Of a stretch of DNA of 64,000 bases, positions 49,463-62,154 are shown in pieces. The position numbers and the translations under genes were made by a program. This DNA is from Eledone cirrhosa. Taxonomy: Eukaryota. Position 1 is the stretch's first letter; every line of letters begins with the position of its first letter. The notes under the pieces were generated by a model. The model did not search any database, was not told the DNA's origin, and saw only the letters and a list, made by a program, of their open reading frames with translations. Location: positions 269,080,001-269,144,000 of the forward strand of contig OZ024741.1 in NCBI GenBank assembly GCA_964016885.1. Reading direction: 5' to 3'.

Positions 49463-50516
49463 ATAATTGTTTCTACTTTAGGCACAAGGCCAGCAATAAT
49501 TCAGTGTATTACTGGTACTTTACTTTATCGACCCCGTAGGGATGAAAGGCAAAGTAAACCTCGGCGGGATTTGAACTCAGACTGTAAAGGGACGTAACTA
49601 TGCTGGAAAGCATGGTGTCCGACCCTCTACCGATACTGCCAATCCACAATAGTCGCATAGAACCTCTTTAATCTGCTTGATCAGAGCTGGCAAACTAACC
49701 CACCACCACAACAAATTTATTTTAGAGACATTTCGTACACCATGCTTTGAAGCATAGAGTTACGTCCCTTTATGATTTGAGTTCAAATCCCGCCGAGGTT
49801 AACTTTGCCTTTCATCCTTACGGGATCGATAAAATAAAGTACCAGTAATGTACTGGGTTATTGCTGGCCTTGTGCCTAAAATAGAAACAATTATTTATGC
49901 TTTGACGCATAGTTACGGCCCTTGCCATTCTGAGTTCAAATCCCGCTGAGGTTAACTTTGCCTTAAATCCTTACGGGGTTGATAAAATAAAGTACCAGTA
50001 ATGTACTGGGTAATTGCTGGCCTTGTGCCAAAATGTAGAAACATTTATTAGTGGATTGGCAGTATTGGTAGAGCGCCAGACACCATGCTTTCCAACATAG
50101 AGATATTGCTCTTTACGTTCTGAGTTAAAATCCCGCCAAGATTAACTTTGCCTTACGGGGTCGATAAAATAAAGCACCAGTAATGCACTGGGGTAACTGC
50201 TGGCCTTGTGCCAAAAGTAGAAACTATTATTAGGATATCATGGTGTTTCACATAAAAATAGAATTTATCGGATCATATATATATAATACACAAAAATGTG
50301 GTTAGGTCTTTATTTAAATGACAAATATACACACACACCTACGTGTTGCTACACAGGGAGGAAATTGACGCATAGAGTTACGGCCCTTGCTATTCTGAGT
50401 TCAAATCCAGTCGAGGTTAACTTTGCCTTTCATCCTTACGGGGTCGATAAAATAAAGTACCAGTGATGTACTGAATATTTGCTGGCCTTGTGCCTAAAAT
50501 AGAAACAGTTATTATT
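49463..50516. mobile_element. Cluster of five main-family SINEs (one minus strand at 49463-49647; three tandem plus strand at 49738-50231; one at 50366-50516)
   Basis: Repeated GAGTTCAAATCC...GATAAAATAAAGTACCAG...GGCCTTGTGCC..AA.TAGAAAC + ATT. Confidence 0.9.
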
Positions 50517-50712
50517 ACTTACTAATGTCCCTCTGTGTTTAATGTGAAATACATGTTCATCAATATATGCGTCTGTATACATATGTGTATGTGTGTGCAC
50601 ATTCAACACCAAACGAGGTAAATATTTTCAACTTTTCCCTTTTTTCGAATGAGTGTGTGCTTTGTCTGAGACAACTTGAAAATATTCTTCAAAGAACTGG
50701 ATTTGGCGATAC

Positions 50713-51359
50713 TTGGTTTTAGTGTCCTAAATTATCATCATCGACATTCAATTATTAACTCCACCCACTACACGAACGTCACGACACGTCATCAGCTTTG
50801 GCCCATCTCATCCCTTATCGCCTTTCTGTTTGAAGCATTTTTCTTTCCATCATTGGATCAGTGTATTGAGCGTGTGTGTATACATGCACGCATGTTAATG
50901 TGTGTGCATTGGATGGGGGTTACGGAAAGCAGGAAAGACAGTTATAGGTATTTATATGCTTCAATATTAAATATAATTACATCGAATCGTAAAAATATAA
51001 TGACAGAAAATATGTGATATTTAAGAGTTCATTGTAATATATATGACCTGTACAAACGTCCGAGTTCATGTTAGGAAATAAATGAGTTTAATTTAGGCAG
51101 CAGTCAAATTTTGATGTCTACTGTTTTGTTTGGCTTTTGAGTCTCTTTATGTCGTAATGACTGGTTGTGGACAATTGAAACACCTGTTGTTGACTTCCCA
51201 GAAAACTACCTGTCGTTTTGTTCTCTGCAGTTTATTAACTGATTTCAAACAGAAAGGGGATGAGATGGGCCAAAGCTGGTGACGTGTCGTGACGTATCGT
51301 GTAGTGGGTGGAGCTAATAATTGAATGTCGATGATGATAATTTAGGACACTAAAACCAA
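50713..51359. mobile_element. MITE/foldback with ~105-bp TIRs, unclassified
   Basis: TTGGTTTTAGTGTCCTAAATTATC...CCCATCTCATCCCTT is mirrored at 51255-51359. Confidence 0.78.
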
Positions 51360-51650
51360 TTATGGCCCTGGATTTTACCATTCCGTTGGATCACCTAACT
51401 CCCAGGGACATTCGAACGGATTTTACCATTTACAATCTACGGAGAGGAATAACAGATATTCAAAAGAAAAAAAATTAAAAGTTTGAAAGGATTGGTTGTG
51501 GCAACAACGAATGGAACCAACCTGGAGCAATTGTATCACACAATTACACATTCCTCCTTAACGTACACGTACAATTTTTCAAAAACAAATCCCCCCAAAA
51601 TAAAATAAAAATAAATAATTATAAATGGCGAGGAGCCGCCACTAGCTTCA

Positions 51651-51883
51651 CTGAATTCTATCAAATGGTCAAAGCTTCTAATTCTGTGAAATAGAATGGA
51701 AGTATGGGTTGACCTTTCAGTCACACCCGTCTATAAATAGATTTAGGTTATTTCAACACATGGCACCATCCCATCTCTTGAAATAACCTAAATCTATTTA
51801 TAGACGGGTGTGACTGAAAGGTCAACCCATACTTCCATTCTATTTCACAGAATTAGAAGCTTTGACCACTTGATAGAATTCAG
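51651..51883. repeat. Near-perfect 233-bp palindrome with 7-nt loop
   Basis: Arms of ~113 bp with very few mismatches; loop CACCATC. Confidence 0.92.
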
Positions 51884-51929
51884 GACCAGTAATGTAATCA
51901 CTCTCTAATTGTAAACATCTTATCATTCA

Positions 51930-54900
51930 GGTTTTGACTTTACTACAGTCTTGCCCCTGTGGGTTTTTTTACACAAACTCACAATTTCTGATTTTACTGC
52001 GGATTCACCCATGCGAAATATTACACAAACTCACAGCCTTAGATTTTGCACTTCTAACGTTTTTATTTTTCTTCTCTTTGCATATTCATTGCTCTTCCTC
52101 TTCCACTGTATTTACCTGCCTCTCACATCCTCTCCACGCACTCATAATCTGCTCACCCCTTACGTCGTCCTCGCGCACAGCCCACCTATGTCTTCGTTCA
52201 ACCCGTCGGTGGCCCGATGTTTCGATTGAACTATCACCGGCGATTGTCGATTGATAAAGTTGCCACCACTTTAACCTAGTCCACTCTAAGTGGCGGTGGC
52301 ATGCGTCGAACGACCAAGAGACCTGCTTGGTGGAACGACTATGTGACAACCGGTCAGCCTTCGACCTCTCTTTCTCCACCAACTTCGGCACGCACGAGAG
52401 GAGCTAACTTGTCCCCACCTACCCCCTCCTCCCCTTCACCACAGATTCCGAGCGAATTCAACCCGGCCAATCCCACCACCCCTACAACTGTTAGCCCACC
52501 ATCCAACCTCCGCTCTAGTCCCACCGTTAGAACCACTGCTGTCTCCTTTACTGACTCACTCCCTCCATCGAATTCCAACGCTGGCCCTCTACTGCCGGCT
52601 GCTGCCAGCCCACCACCTGATTGCGCTCTCTGCCCGCACTAGCCGGTACTTAAAGACAATTAAATGTCACCTATGCCACGCAAGCTACCACAGAAGCTGT
52701 GTCGGCATCACTGAAAGGCTTCACTACTGTATCTGTAATCGGTGCCACTTCAGCTCCGACGTATTCCGTTTGGTTGCCTCACACTTCGATGACCAACTCT
52801 CTACCGAGGACTTTGCCACAGCCGTCCAGGGTTTCTCCAAATCAAAGCTCATTAACCGGTTCCCCAAGGGAGCTCGGAATAGCTTTGCACGTGCCCTCTC
52901 TAATTTATTGAAAAACGTTTGCTCGTCCAACAAAAGGTCTGACTGGCAGAAATTGTTTTTGTTTCCTCTCATCTCTCTTCACGTGCACAATGCGAATTCG
53001 GGTTCCCTCACGTGCTCTCTCAAGCGGCAGTTCCAGCTGTTTGAGTCCACCCCAACCACGTCTCACTTCAGTTCAACATCGAGCTCGGTGTCCACCAACA
53101 GACAACCGGTAGACCCCAAGCGAACGGCCAATGCCAAATTCAGCGAATTTGACATTAAAGGGGCTGTCCGTCTCCTCTCTTCTCTGTCCTCCCTTGCTCC
53201 GTGTAACTTTGATTCTCTTGAGCGACTGAAAGAGAAGCACCCATCCGCACCCCCAGATGATCAGCTACACTGGCCCGAACCACCAGAATACTTGAGACCG
53301 GTTTACACCACCGATATCATCAGAAAGGCGATTTCATCCTTCCCCGGGTCAGGCGCGGGAATTGACGGCCTTCGTCAACAACACCTCAAGGATGGTATCT
53401 CCTTATCGGCCGGTGACGCCAGACTCGAACTCTTGGAGAGTCTGACTCAGTTTGTGAATCAGTTCTCTTCAGTGAACGTTCTCCCGTTCATCCGCCCACT
53501 GTTCTTCGGTGCGAAGCTATTTGGTCTCACCAAGCCTAACGGTGACCTGCGCCCCATTAGGGTTGGCTGCATCCTTCGCCGCCTCACTGCAAAGGTGTGT
53601 TTGCTGTTGGTCTCCAATTCACTAGCGGAGGAATTTTCCCCATCCAGCTGGGGGTGGGTACCAAGTTGGGATGTGAGGCTGCTGTCCACGCTACCAGAGC
53701 ATTTACCAAGTTGCCCTCCTCGTCCCCCAAGGTCATCCTCAAACTTGACCTCAGGAACGCTTTTAACTCCGTCAGCCACGACGTCGTCCTCGGCTCAGTA
53801 AGAGAGAGAGGGTCCCACAACTCTACCACTTTGCTTGGCAGGCTTATCGGGAGCCCTCCTACCTCTCTTTCGGTGACCAAATCATCACCTCTGCCTCAGG
53901 AGTCCAACAGAGTGACCCACTCGGGCCCGCTCTGTTTGCACTGGGCATTGATGACGTCACCAAGATGGGGGTTGAGTAGGACCTCAATGTCTGGTACCTC
54001 GACGACGCCTGTTTGGGGAGAATTCCGGATATGGTTCTCGCCACTGCCAACAAGATGGTTGAGGAGCTTGGCCGCCGGGGTCTCCAGGTCAATAGCTCCA
54101 AATGTGAGCTCTGCATCCTCAACCAACCGGCTTCTCAACACCAACAGCTAATCGACCTGTTTGCAGAGTCCTTCCCTTTCGTCGCGGTCCCTCCCCCGTC
54201 GGTTTGGTGCTCCTTAGAAGCCCCAATCACAGACCTTGCCTTCGAGTCAATCTTCCAATCGAAGATGGTTGGCTTTGAGCAGCTGCTGAAGAATATTGAA
54301 GTTATCGAACCCCATCAAGGTTTCTTCATACTCAGGAACTACCTGTCTATTCCTAAGCTTCTGTGTCTTCTCAGGGTCAGCCCCTCTAACAGATTTCCGT
54401 CCTGCCTCCAACGCTTCGACGACCTAATCTTCGAGAGACTCGAGTACCTGGTCAATGTTAGACTCTACAGAGTCCCGCGATCAGGCTGCGTTGCCCAAGC
54501 GATTTGGGGTCTTGGTCTTCGTAAGTGTTCGTCCCTCTCTCTTCCCCGCTTCCTTTCCTCCACCCACGCTTGCTCCACCCTGGTGAGCAGCATCCTCTCC
54601 TCTCCAACATGGACTAATTACAACAGGGAGTTTGGTGAAGCTCTCCAGCAATGGAGTGAGTTGGGCTTGTCTCTTCCCGAGAAGGTGGAGGACAGTCGAA
54701 GTCAGAGAACTTGGGACAGCATAAATTTGAAGGCCACCTTCGATTCCCTCTTCGTCCAGTCGGATCAGTTTGCAAGGCGCCGCTTACTATCTGCTAGCGC
54801 CAAATACTCAGGTGACTGGGTTGATGCCCTACCCATGGCCAACGTTGGTGGCCTACTCAGCCTGGACGAACTTCGTGTCTCCATCGCCCTCAGAGTGGGA

Positions 54901-55590
54901 GCTGGCATCTGCTTGGGTTTAAGGTGCCGATGCGGCAGACTCCTCGACTCGACAAGCCTCCACGGTCTTTCTTGCCGCCTGAATGCCGACCGCTTCGCGC
55001 GCTACACGGAGATAAACCTCATTTTCAAGAGAGCTTTGGCCCGAGCGAACATCCCCTCAATCTTAGAACCATCTGGGTTGTCCAGAAGTGACGGCAAAAG
55101 ACCTGACGGCCTTACCCTGTGCGCCTGGTAGAGAGACAGGTGCTTTGTCTGGGACGTCACTGTTAGGGACTCTTTTGCTCTTTCCCACATCCTGGATGTT
55201 GCGGTTAGGACGAGAGCCACAGCTTCCGCAGCCGAGCGGAGTAAGACCCTCAAATACTCTGATCTGTCAGCCAGCTACATTTTTCAGCCTGTGGCTTTCG
55301 AGACGTTTGGGGGAGACGGGCCGCTGACTGCGAGGTTCCTCTCTTCACTGGCGGCTCGCCTAATAGAGGTAACTGGCGAATCTCGCGAGGGCGCTTGGTT
55401 GTTTCAGCGTATTAGCCTCGCCATCACCCGAGGCAACGCTGCGAGTGTGCTGGCTTGCCTCAAAAATCATTAGAGAGGTTGCCCAGAACCCCTCGCTGCT
55501 GTCTTTTGCTCTGGTGTTGGCTCGGTTGTTCACCCCTACCTTTATATTTTCTTTAATATTGTAACATTAAAAGTATATATCTTCCTGAAA
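51930..55590 (+). mobile_element. CRE-clade RLE non-LTR retrotransposon, near full-length, frameshifted
   Basis: KPNGDLRPIRVGCILRRL, QLGVGTKLGCEAAVHA, KLDLRNAFNSV, GVQQSDPLGP, WYLDD, GLGL, CRCG...HGLSC, KRPDG...WDVT, FQRISLAITRGNA. ORF ~52301-55473. The 5' boundary is uncertain. Confidence 0.88.
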
Positions 55591-56953
55591 GAATATTAAA
55601 TCACGTATATATAGAATATAGGAAGAGGCTATGTAGCCGGTAAGAGTGTCAGACACCATACGTTGCGGCCCGAGTTAAGACAATTTGAAATCTTTTCCAC
55701 CATCAATTGTTAAAAAAACAAGTTAAAATCATTTAGTCGTCCATTCATAATGTACGTTACGCTTTACTTACATACACACAAATCTACACGTAAATACATA
55801 AACAGATACAGAGAACAGAAAGAGGGGGCTGGTGAAACGCTGTAGCGATGTGTGTTGCGTCTCTTTAGTGTTTACCGGCTACAAAGCCTATTCGAAAAAT
55901 ATACAATCAAAGCGAAAAACAAACCCATCAATTCAACACTGGGTGCGTTAATCGGTCACAAACCCCATGGGGAATTCGGAACCTCCCTCTAATACTTGTT
56001 GAGGCAAGCCAACATGGTGGCAGCATTACCACAGATGATGGCGAGGCTAAGATGCTGAAACAACCAAGTACCGTCACGGGCATCACCAGATACACTATGT
56101 CTAAATAAATGACGCTTGGAACTATTTTGATCATAAACAAACGCTTTTAATTACACTATATCTGAATAAAAGACGGCTGGAACTACTTTAATCGTTAGTC
56201 TCTCTTGATCAGAGGTGACCTGGGGCCAAACAGCATTATTCCTATCATGATCTCTTGACCTGGTGGAAATAACAGCCAAATTTCACTCAGATAATATTTT
56301 ACCGTCTTAAAAACTGTAAGGACAAATAGAGTAATATAGTTCTAGTTATGTTTGGCCTAACACAAAATAGAGAAAAAATTGGTTACATCTGGAGCGTCAC
56401 CAGTCGTCTACTTGATCTGAAGCTAAATAATAATTTATTAATATTCGTAAATTTATAGATCTACACTCATCTTTTTTTTTTTCCGTGTATTTTCAACGAA
56501 TCTCACCTCCAAAAGTAAATCCGTTGGTGCTTTTGAATCCTCCCCTCCGTTTTCTCAACAAAAAAAAGTCGTTTTCGTCTATTTTAAGGGGTCAGATTCA
56601 TAGGAGACATCAACAACTGTGGGGGGAAATCATTTTAAATTGAACGTGAGACGGACTGGCAGTTTTTTTTTTTGGGGGGGGGGGGTCTTTCGAAGCAGAT
56701 CACTATTAGTTTACTCTGCACCGTTTTTATTTATGAAGTTAGACAACTCTGGACAGCAGAAACAAATATTTTTACATAAAGTTAATATAAAAAGTGGTGT
56801 GCTTATGCGCGGACATGGCATGAAATAGCTTATAAAATAGGGTGAAGACCCTTAAAGACGGAAAAAGAAGTTGTCATCAGCCGCTGCATAAATATTTAAT
56901 GTTAACAATCGAAAATAAGTTTGCTAATTTTTAACTGATATTAAATCTACCTT

Positions 56954-57128
56954 GGCAGTATCAGTAGAGGGTTGGACGCCATGCTTTCTAGCATAGTTAC
57001 GTCCCTTTACGGTTTGAGTTCAAATACCGTCGAGGTTAACTTTGCCTTTCATCCTTACAGGGTCGATAAAATAAAGTACCAGTAATGTACTGGGTATTTG
57101 CTGGCCTTGTGCCAAAAGTAGAAACAAT
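56954..57128 (+). mobile_element. Main SINE with 13-bp TSD
   Basis: TTAAATCTACCTT at 56941-56953 and 57128-57140. Confidence 0.9.
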
Positions 57129-57317
57129 TAAATCTACCTTATGGCAGTGGAGACTTCTGTGTCCTTGGCCCTAGGACCACCTCCCTACTCACCACCATCG
57201 GCACGGAGTTGCTCACTCACAGGTGTGAGCCACGCAAGCTGGACCAACGTGTATCCTTTACCATCCTCCCGGACTGTGGGGTAACTAGCGTGTGGGCTCC
57301 CATTTGTATATAATAGT

Positions 57318-57555
57318 GAGAGATGGAGAAAGACGGAGGCAGTGAGTGAATGAGAGAGAACATCAACTATATAATAGGGAGAGTGAAAGAGAGACGGAGG
57401 TAGTGAGTGAAAGAGAGAGAGAACATCAACCATATAATTGTGAGAGATGGGGAGAGTGAAAGAGAGAGATGGAGGTAATGAGTGAAAGAGAGAGAACATC
57501 AACCATATAATGGGGAGCGGAGGCAGTGAGTGAAAGAGAGAGAGATAGGGAGAGC
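57318..57555. repeat. Purine-rich minisatellite
   Basis: Three to four copies of GGAGGYAGTGAGTGAAAGAGAGAGAACATCAACYATATAAT. Confidence 0.8.
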
Positions 57556-57833
57556 TTAATAATCCTAGCCATTTCTCTCATTTATGCACTCAATGTCATC
57601 TGCTTTCTTTTATCTCGCATTTATTCTTTAGAAAGTCTTTTTCATGTAATATAACCCCATTGTTGTAGGAGAATAAGGGAGACAACTAGTGGAGAAAAGA
57701 GGGAGATAATATAAATCTTCCTCTGGGTAGAACCCTGATTTAGTTACAGGCTGTTTTAATCCCTGGTAGGAATTGAACTCATGAATGCTCATCCATCAAG
57801 TTCACAAAACTGCAGCTGCTGTTGCCTCTTTAA

Positions 57834-57997
57834 GCCTTTAGCATTTAAACCAGCTGTAACTGGCCACTCATACTGACGTTAAGGTATTGTTCTCAAAATA
57901 AATAACACCAAAATCTCATGGATTCAATATTATGTAAGATAAAGCCTTTACCACGAAAATGCAATAGTATATATAGAGTAATGTAAATGCTAAATGG
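57834..57997. mobile_element. piggyBac-like MITE
   Basis: TTAA-GCCTTTAGCATTTA...TAAATGCTAAATGG-TTAA. Confidence 0.65.
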
Positions 57998-58327
57998 TTA
58001 AACAATACCTTGTTAAAACTAATTGTATTTGTTGCCTATTGAAGGTGTATGAACAAGAACATCACACAATAAGTAGCAGCACTTGTGAAATGTATCCCAT
58101 ATACTCTACCAACCATCTGTGTTTAACCTACTGTATATGGCTATGTTTAAACTGCTCGAGTTACCACTAAAAGGATCACAAACAAATTCAATTTTCTATT
58201 CCATCTCAGGAACCACAAACACTTATGGATGAAATCCCTTAGAGTTTGATTATCTGCAGTGAACTTTTTCTATATTTTGCAATACGATACATATATTAAC
58301 CCTACCAACATCATATCATGACATTAT

Positions 58328-58748
58328 GTTCTTCTTCACCCACTTATTCCTGAGAGGGTCATGGGAGAAGAGTCCTCAGACACGCCCTCCAGTGGGTCCT
58401 ATCAGAAGCAACTGTCTTCAATTGATCTCTCTCGATCCCCAAACAAGACCAGCCAAGCTCATAGATATTATTCAACCATCTTGCTTGGGGTCTACCCCTG
58501 GGTCTCCTGCCGGTTGGTTTTACTTGTAAAATTTGTCCAGCAATTCTTTCCTAAGACATTCTGACCACATGTCCATATTATCAGAGATATGATCTCTCAA
58601 TTTGGAGAAGTAGCAGCTCTACATGGTGTGACTCTCTGATCTCTGAGTTACAAACTTTATTGAGTAACATTACCTCCAAAGACCCTTCAGAGGAACCCCA
58701 TTTCAGCTGCTTGTATTCATGATCTTATTCTTTCTGTCATTACCCATT
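58328..58748 (-). mobile_element. Degenerate RTE-clade LINE 3' fragment
   Basis: Reverse-complement homolog of 45505-45925 with GAA tail. Confidence 0.8.
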
Positions 58749-59459
58749 AGGTAATATATCATTAGGTAATATATCATTAGGTAATATCTCATTAAAAAGT
58801 ATCAACTCGATTCACATTTCAATCCTGTTTGTTATTATAGTTTATATATAGATAATACATATGATAATAAAATATATATTGCTCGAAATAATTAACAGAA
58901 ACACTGGATTATTAATCTTATATTAGGAATGATGTAAACAGGTGAAAAGATCAAAATTATTGATTTTGGTTTTTTCATTAGGGCTGAGTTATGTGTGTGT
59001 CTGTCTGTGTGTCTTGGTGTGTATGTGTATCCATCTGTGTGTCTGTCTGTCTGTGTGTGTGTGTTCTACTTAATATATCTCTACATAAAATAACAGAATA
59101 CTTAAGCTAAGGTACAAGGAAAAGTGTGCAGCAACTTTTATGTTGCCTTTCTGATGATGGACTAGCATCTGAAATTTTGCCAATTTTATCAGGCTAGGGC
59201 TCCAGTTTATGAATACCTTCCTTTCTCTAATCATGTGATTATTATTTTTTATATTTATTATTCAGTCAAGATTATATCAGAAACTGTTTTCTACACACTC
59301 TCTGTCTCTCTCTCACTCTCTCGTTACTAAATTACAAATACAATTTGTATCTTTCCAGCTCCAAACCTGTTGAATTTTGAAGAAATATTTTGAATACATT
59401 GCTCACCTGACCAAATACTAATTAATAGAAGAGATTTAATACAATGCTACATAGTTGCC

Positions 59460-60437
59460 ATGGAAGTTGATCTGATCACTGATACTTATACCACTTTGCT
59501 TCCTTCATACAGCGACGACGTCTCTGATGATGACTTTACTCAAACCAATTCAGAACTGCAAGACTTGTTTCCCTGTGAAATATGTGGTAAAATCTACCTG
59601 ACTGAGTATAAAATCAGAAAACACAGTAAAACTCATACTGATATCAGTCATATGAAACAACATTTAAATCTCCATGATGGTTTCAAACAGTTCTGCTGTG
59701 AAATTTGCGGTCATGAATTCAAAAACAGTCACAAGCTTAATTTACATAAAAGGACCCACATGATAAACAAACTATTTGATTGTGTGTTTTGTAGTGAAAT
59801 CTTTTCTGATTCTCATAGTTTGAAGCACCATGTTAAAATAATACATATTGGAGAAATTCATAATAGAAAGCACACAGGAGAAAAACCATACACCTGTGAA
59901 ATATGTGATAAAAATTTTGCAACAAAGAATCATTTATCAAAACATCAAAGAATACACTCAGGAGTAAAGCCTTTTCATTGTAAAAATTGTGGCAAAAATT
60001 TTCTGAAAAATGAAGACTTAAAAATTCATGTCAGGTCCCATACTGGAGAAAGGCCTTTTTACTGTAAAATATGCTGGAAAGATTTTATCACCAACAGCCA
60101 GTTAAACAGGCACTTAAAAATACACACTGAAGAGAAACCATTCCACTGTGATGTGTGTGGTAGAAATTTCATACGAAACGACAATTTAAAGAGACATATG
60201 AAGACTCACACTGGAGAGAAATCATTTTACTGTGAGATATGTGGCAAAGGGTTTCGTGACAGTGCTCATTTAAAAAGACATTATCGCATACACATAGATG
60301 ACAAACATTTTTGCTGTGACATTTGTGGGGAGACGTTTATGACTAACAATGGACTAAGAAATCATTTAAAAACACACGAAGCTGATTTACCTCATGTCAC
60401 ATTTAGTGAGAGTGTGTCATTTTCTTTGGCTGAATAA
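59460..60437 (+). CDS. C2H2 zinc-finger protein (single coding exon; nine complete fingers, two half fingers)
   Basis: Repeated CxxC-x12-HxxxH with TGEKP-type linkers in a 325-aa open frame. Upstream acceptor TTGTATCTTTCCAG at ~59359. AATAAA overlaps the stop. Confidence 0.9.
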   Translation: MEVDLITDTYTTLLPSYSDDVSDDDFTQTNSELQDLFPCEICGKIYLTEYKIRKHSKTHTDISHMKQHLNLHDGFKQFCCEICGHEFKNSHKLNLHKRTHMINKLFDCVFCSEIFSDSHSLKHHVKIIHIGEIHNRKHTGEKPYTCEICDKNFATKNHLSKHQRIHSGVKPFHCKNCGKNFLKNEDLKIHVRSHTGERPFYCKICWKDFITNSQLNRHLKIHTEEKPFHCDVCGRNFIRNDNLKRHMKTHTGEKSFYCEICGKGFRDSAHLKRHYRIHIDDKHFCCDICGETFMTNNGLRNHLKTHEADLPHVTFSESVSFSLAE

Positions 60438-60463
60438 AAGAAATCTTCAGCCATACTTTAAAC

Positions 60464-60719
60464 CAGGCATGGGCAACCTTTTTCGAGAAGTGGGCCGCAT
60501 GGAATATGGCTCATCAGGCGGGCTGCAAGCACTAATTTACATTCTTGCCCACATTAAAAAAAAGGTGGTAACTCAGGTTGTTTTGATTTGTTTTCCTCGA
60601 TCGTAAAAATGATAGAAAGATAAATTACGACTGAAAAGTTGGGGTAAAAAAAGATTTCACTTAGGTGACTTAGGCGAGCCATTCAGAAAGCTTCGCGGAC
60701 CGCAGGTTGCCCATGACTG
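60464..60719. mobile_element. hAT (Charlie-like) MITE
   Basis: TIRs CAGGCATGGGCAACC / GGTTGCCCATGACTG with 8-bp TSD CTTTAAAC. Confidence 0.9.
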
Positions 60720-60837
60720 CTTTAAACCCTCAATACAATATTACTTGCATACACTTTATGTAACATTAAAAAAGAAAGCCGTCCATTTTATAATCAAGCT
60801 TTTACTTATCAACATTCTCAATCAATCACATTCCCGT

Positions 60838-62145
60838 AACTGATGCTGCCAGTCGTTGGAGTGCCACTCAAGATGTGCCACTGGTGCAGCCAGTTGTTGG
60901 GGTGCCCCTCAAGATGTCAAGATGTGCCACTGGTGCAGCCAGTTATTGGGGTGCCACTGAAGATGTACCACTAATGCAGCCAGTTGTTGGGGTGCCACTC
61001 AAGATGTTCCACTGGTACAGCCAGTTGTTAGGGTGCCACTGAAGATGTGCCACTGGTACAGCCAGTTGTTGGGGTGCCACTGAAGATGTACCACTAATGC
61101 AGCCAGTTGTTGGGGTGCCACTCAAGATGTTCCACTGGTACAGCCAGTTGTTAGGGTGCCACTGAAGATGTGCCACTGGTACAGCCAGTTGTTGGGGTGC
61201 CACTGAAGATGTACCACTAATGCAGCCAGTTGTTGGGGTGCCACTCAAGATGTGCCACTGGTACAGCCAGTTGTTAGGGTGTCACTGAAGATGTGCCACT
61301 GGTACAGCCAGTTGTTAGGGTGCCACTGAAGATGTACCACTAATGCAGCCAGTTGTTGGGGTGCCACTCAAGATGTTCCACTGGTACAGCCAGTTGTTAG
61401 GGTGCCACTGAAGATGTACCACTAATGCAGCCAGTTGTTGGGGTGCCACTGAAGATGTACCACTAATGCAGCCAGTTGTTGGGGTGCCACTCAAGATGTT
61501 CCACTGGTACAGCCAGTTGTTAGGGTGCCACTGAAGATGTACCACTGGTACAGCCAGTTGTTAGGGTGCCACTGAAGATGTACCACTGGTACAGCCAGTT
61601 GTTAGGGTGCCACTGAAGATGTACCACTGGTACAGCCAGTTGTTAGGGTGCCACTGAAGATGTACCACTAATGCAGCCAGTTGTTGGGGTGCCACTCAAG
61701 ATGTTCCACTCAAGATGTACCGCTGATGCAGTTAGTTGTTAGGGTGCCACTCAAGATGTGCCACTGGTGCTGCCAGTTGTTTGGGTGCCACTCAAGATGT
61801 ACCACTGATGCAGCCAGTTGTTGGGGTGTTACTCAAGATGTACTACTAATGCAGCCAGTTGTTGAGGTGTTACTCAAGATGTACCACTAATGCATCCAGT
61901 TGTTGGGGTGCCACTCAAGATGTACCACTAATGCAGCCAGTCGTTTGGGTGCCACTCAAGATGTCAAGATGTGCCACTGGTGCAGCCAGTTGTTGGGGTA
62001 CCACTCTAGATGTCAAGATGTGCCACTGGTGCAGCCAGTTGTTGGGGTACCACACCAGATGTCGCACTGGTGCAGCCAGTTGTTGGGGGTACCACACTAG
62101 ATGTGCCACAGGTGCAGCCAGTCTTTGGGGTGCCACTAGTGCAGC
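60838..62145. repeat. 41-bp minisatellite, about 30 units
   Basis: Unit NCCACT(AATG/GGTA)CAGCCAGTTGTT(G/A)GGGTGCCACT(C/G)AAGATGT. Confidence 0.95.
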
Positions 62146-62154
62146 TAGTCACTT

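Noticed and set aside
56588-56851. Kolobok-like MITE (TTAA-GG...CC-TTAA)
   Set aside because: The terminal match is only about 5 bp and could be chance.
59145-59195. CTGATGA...GAAA hammerhead-like motif
   Set aside because: No convincing stem II or stem I pairing.
60838-62145. CRISPR array or repeat protein
   Set aside because: Units are contiguous with no unique spacers, there are no cas genes and the context is eukaryotic. The 41-bp unit is not a multiple of three.
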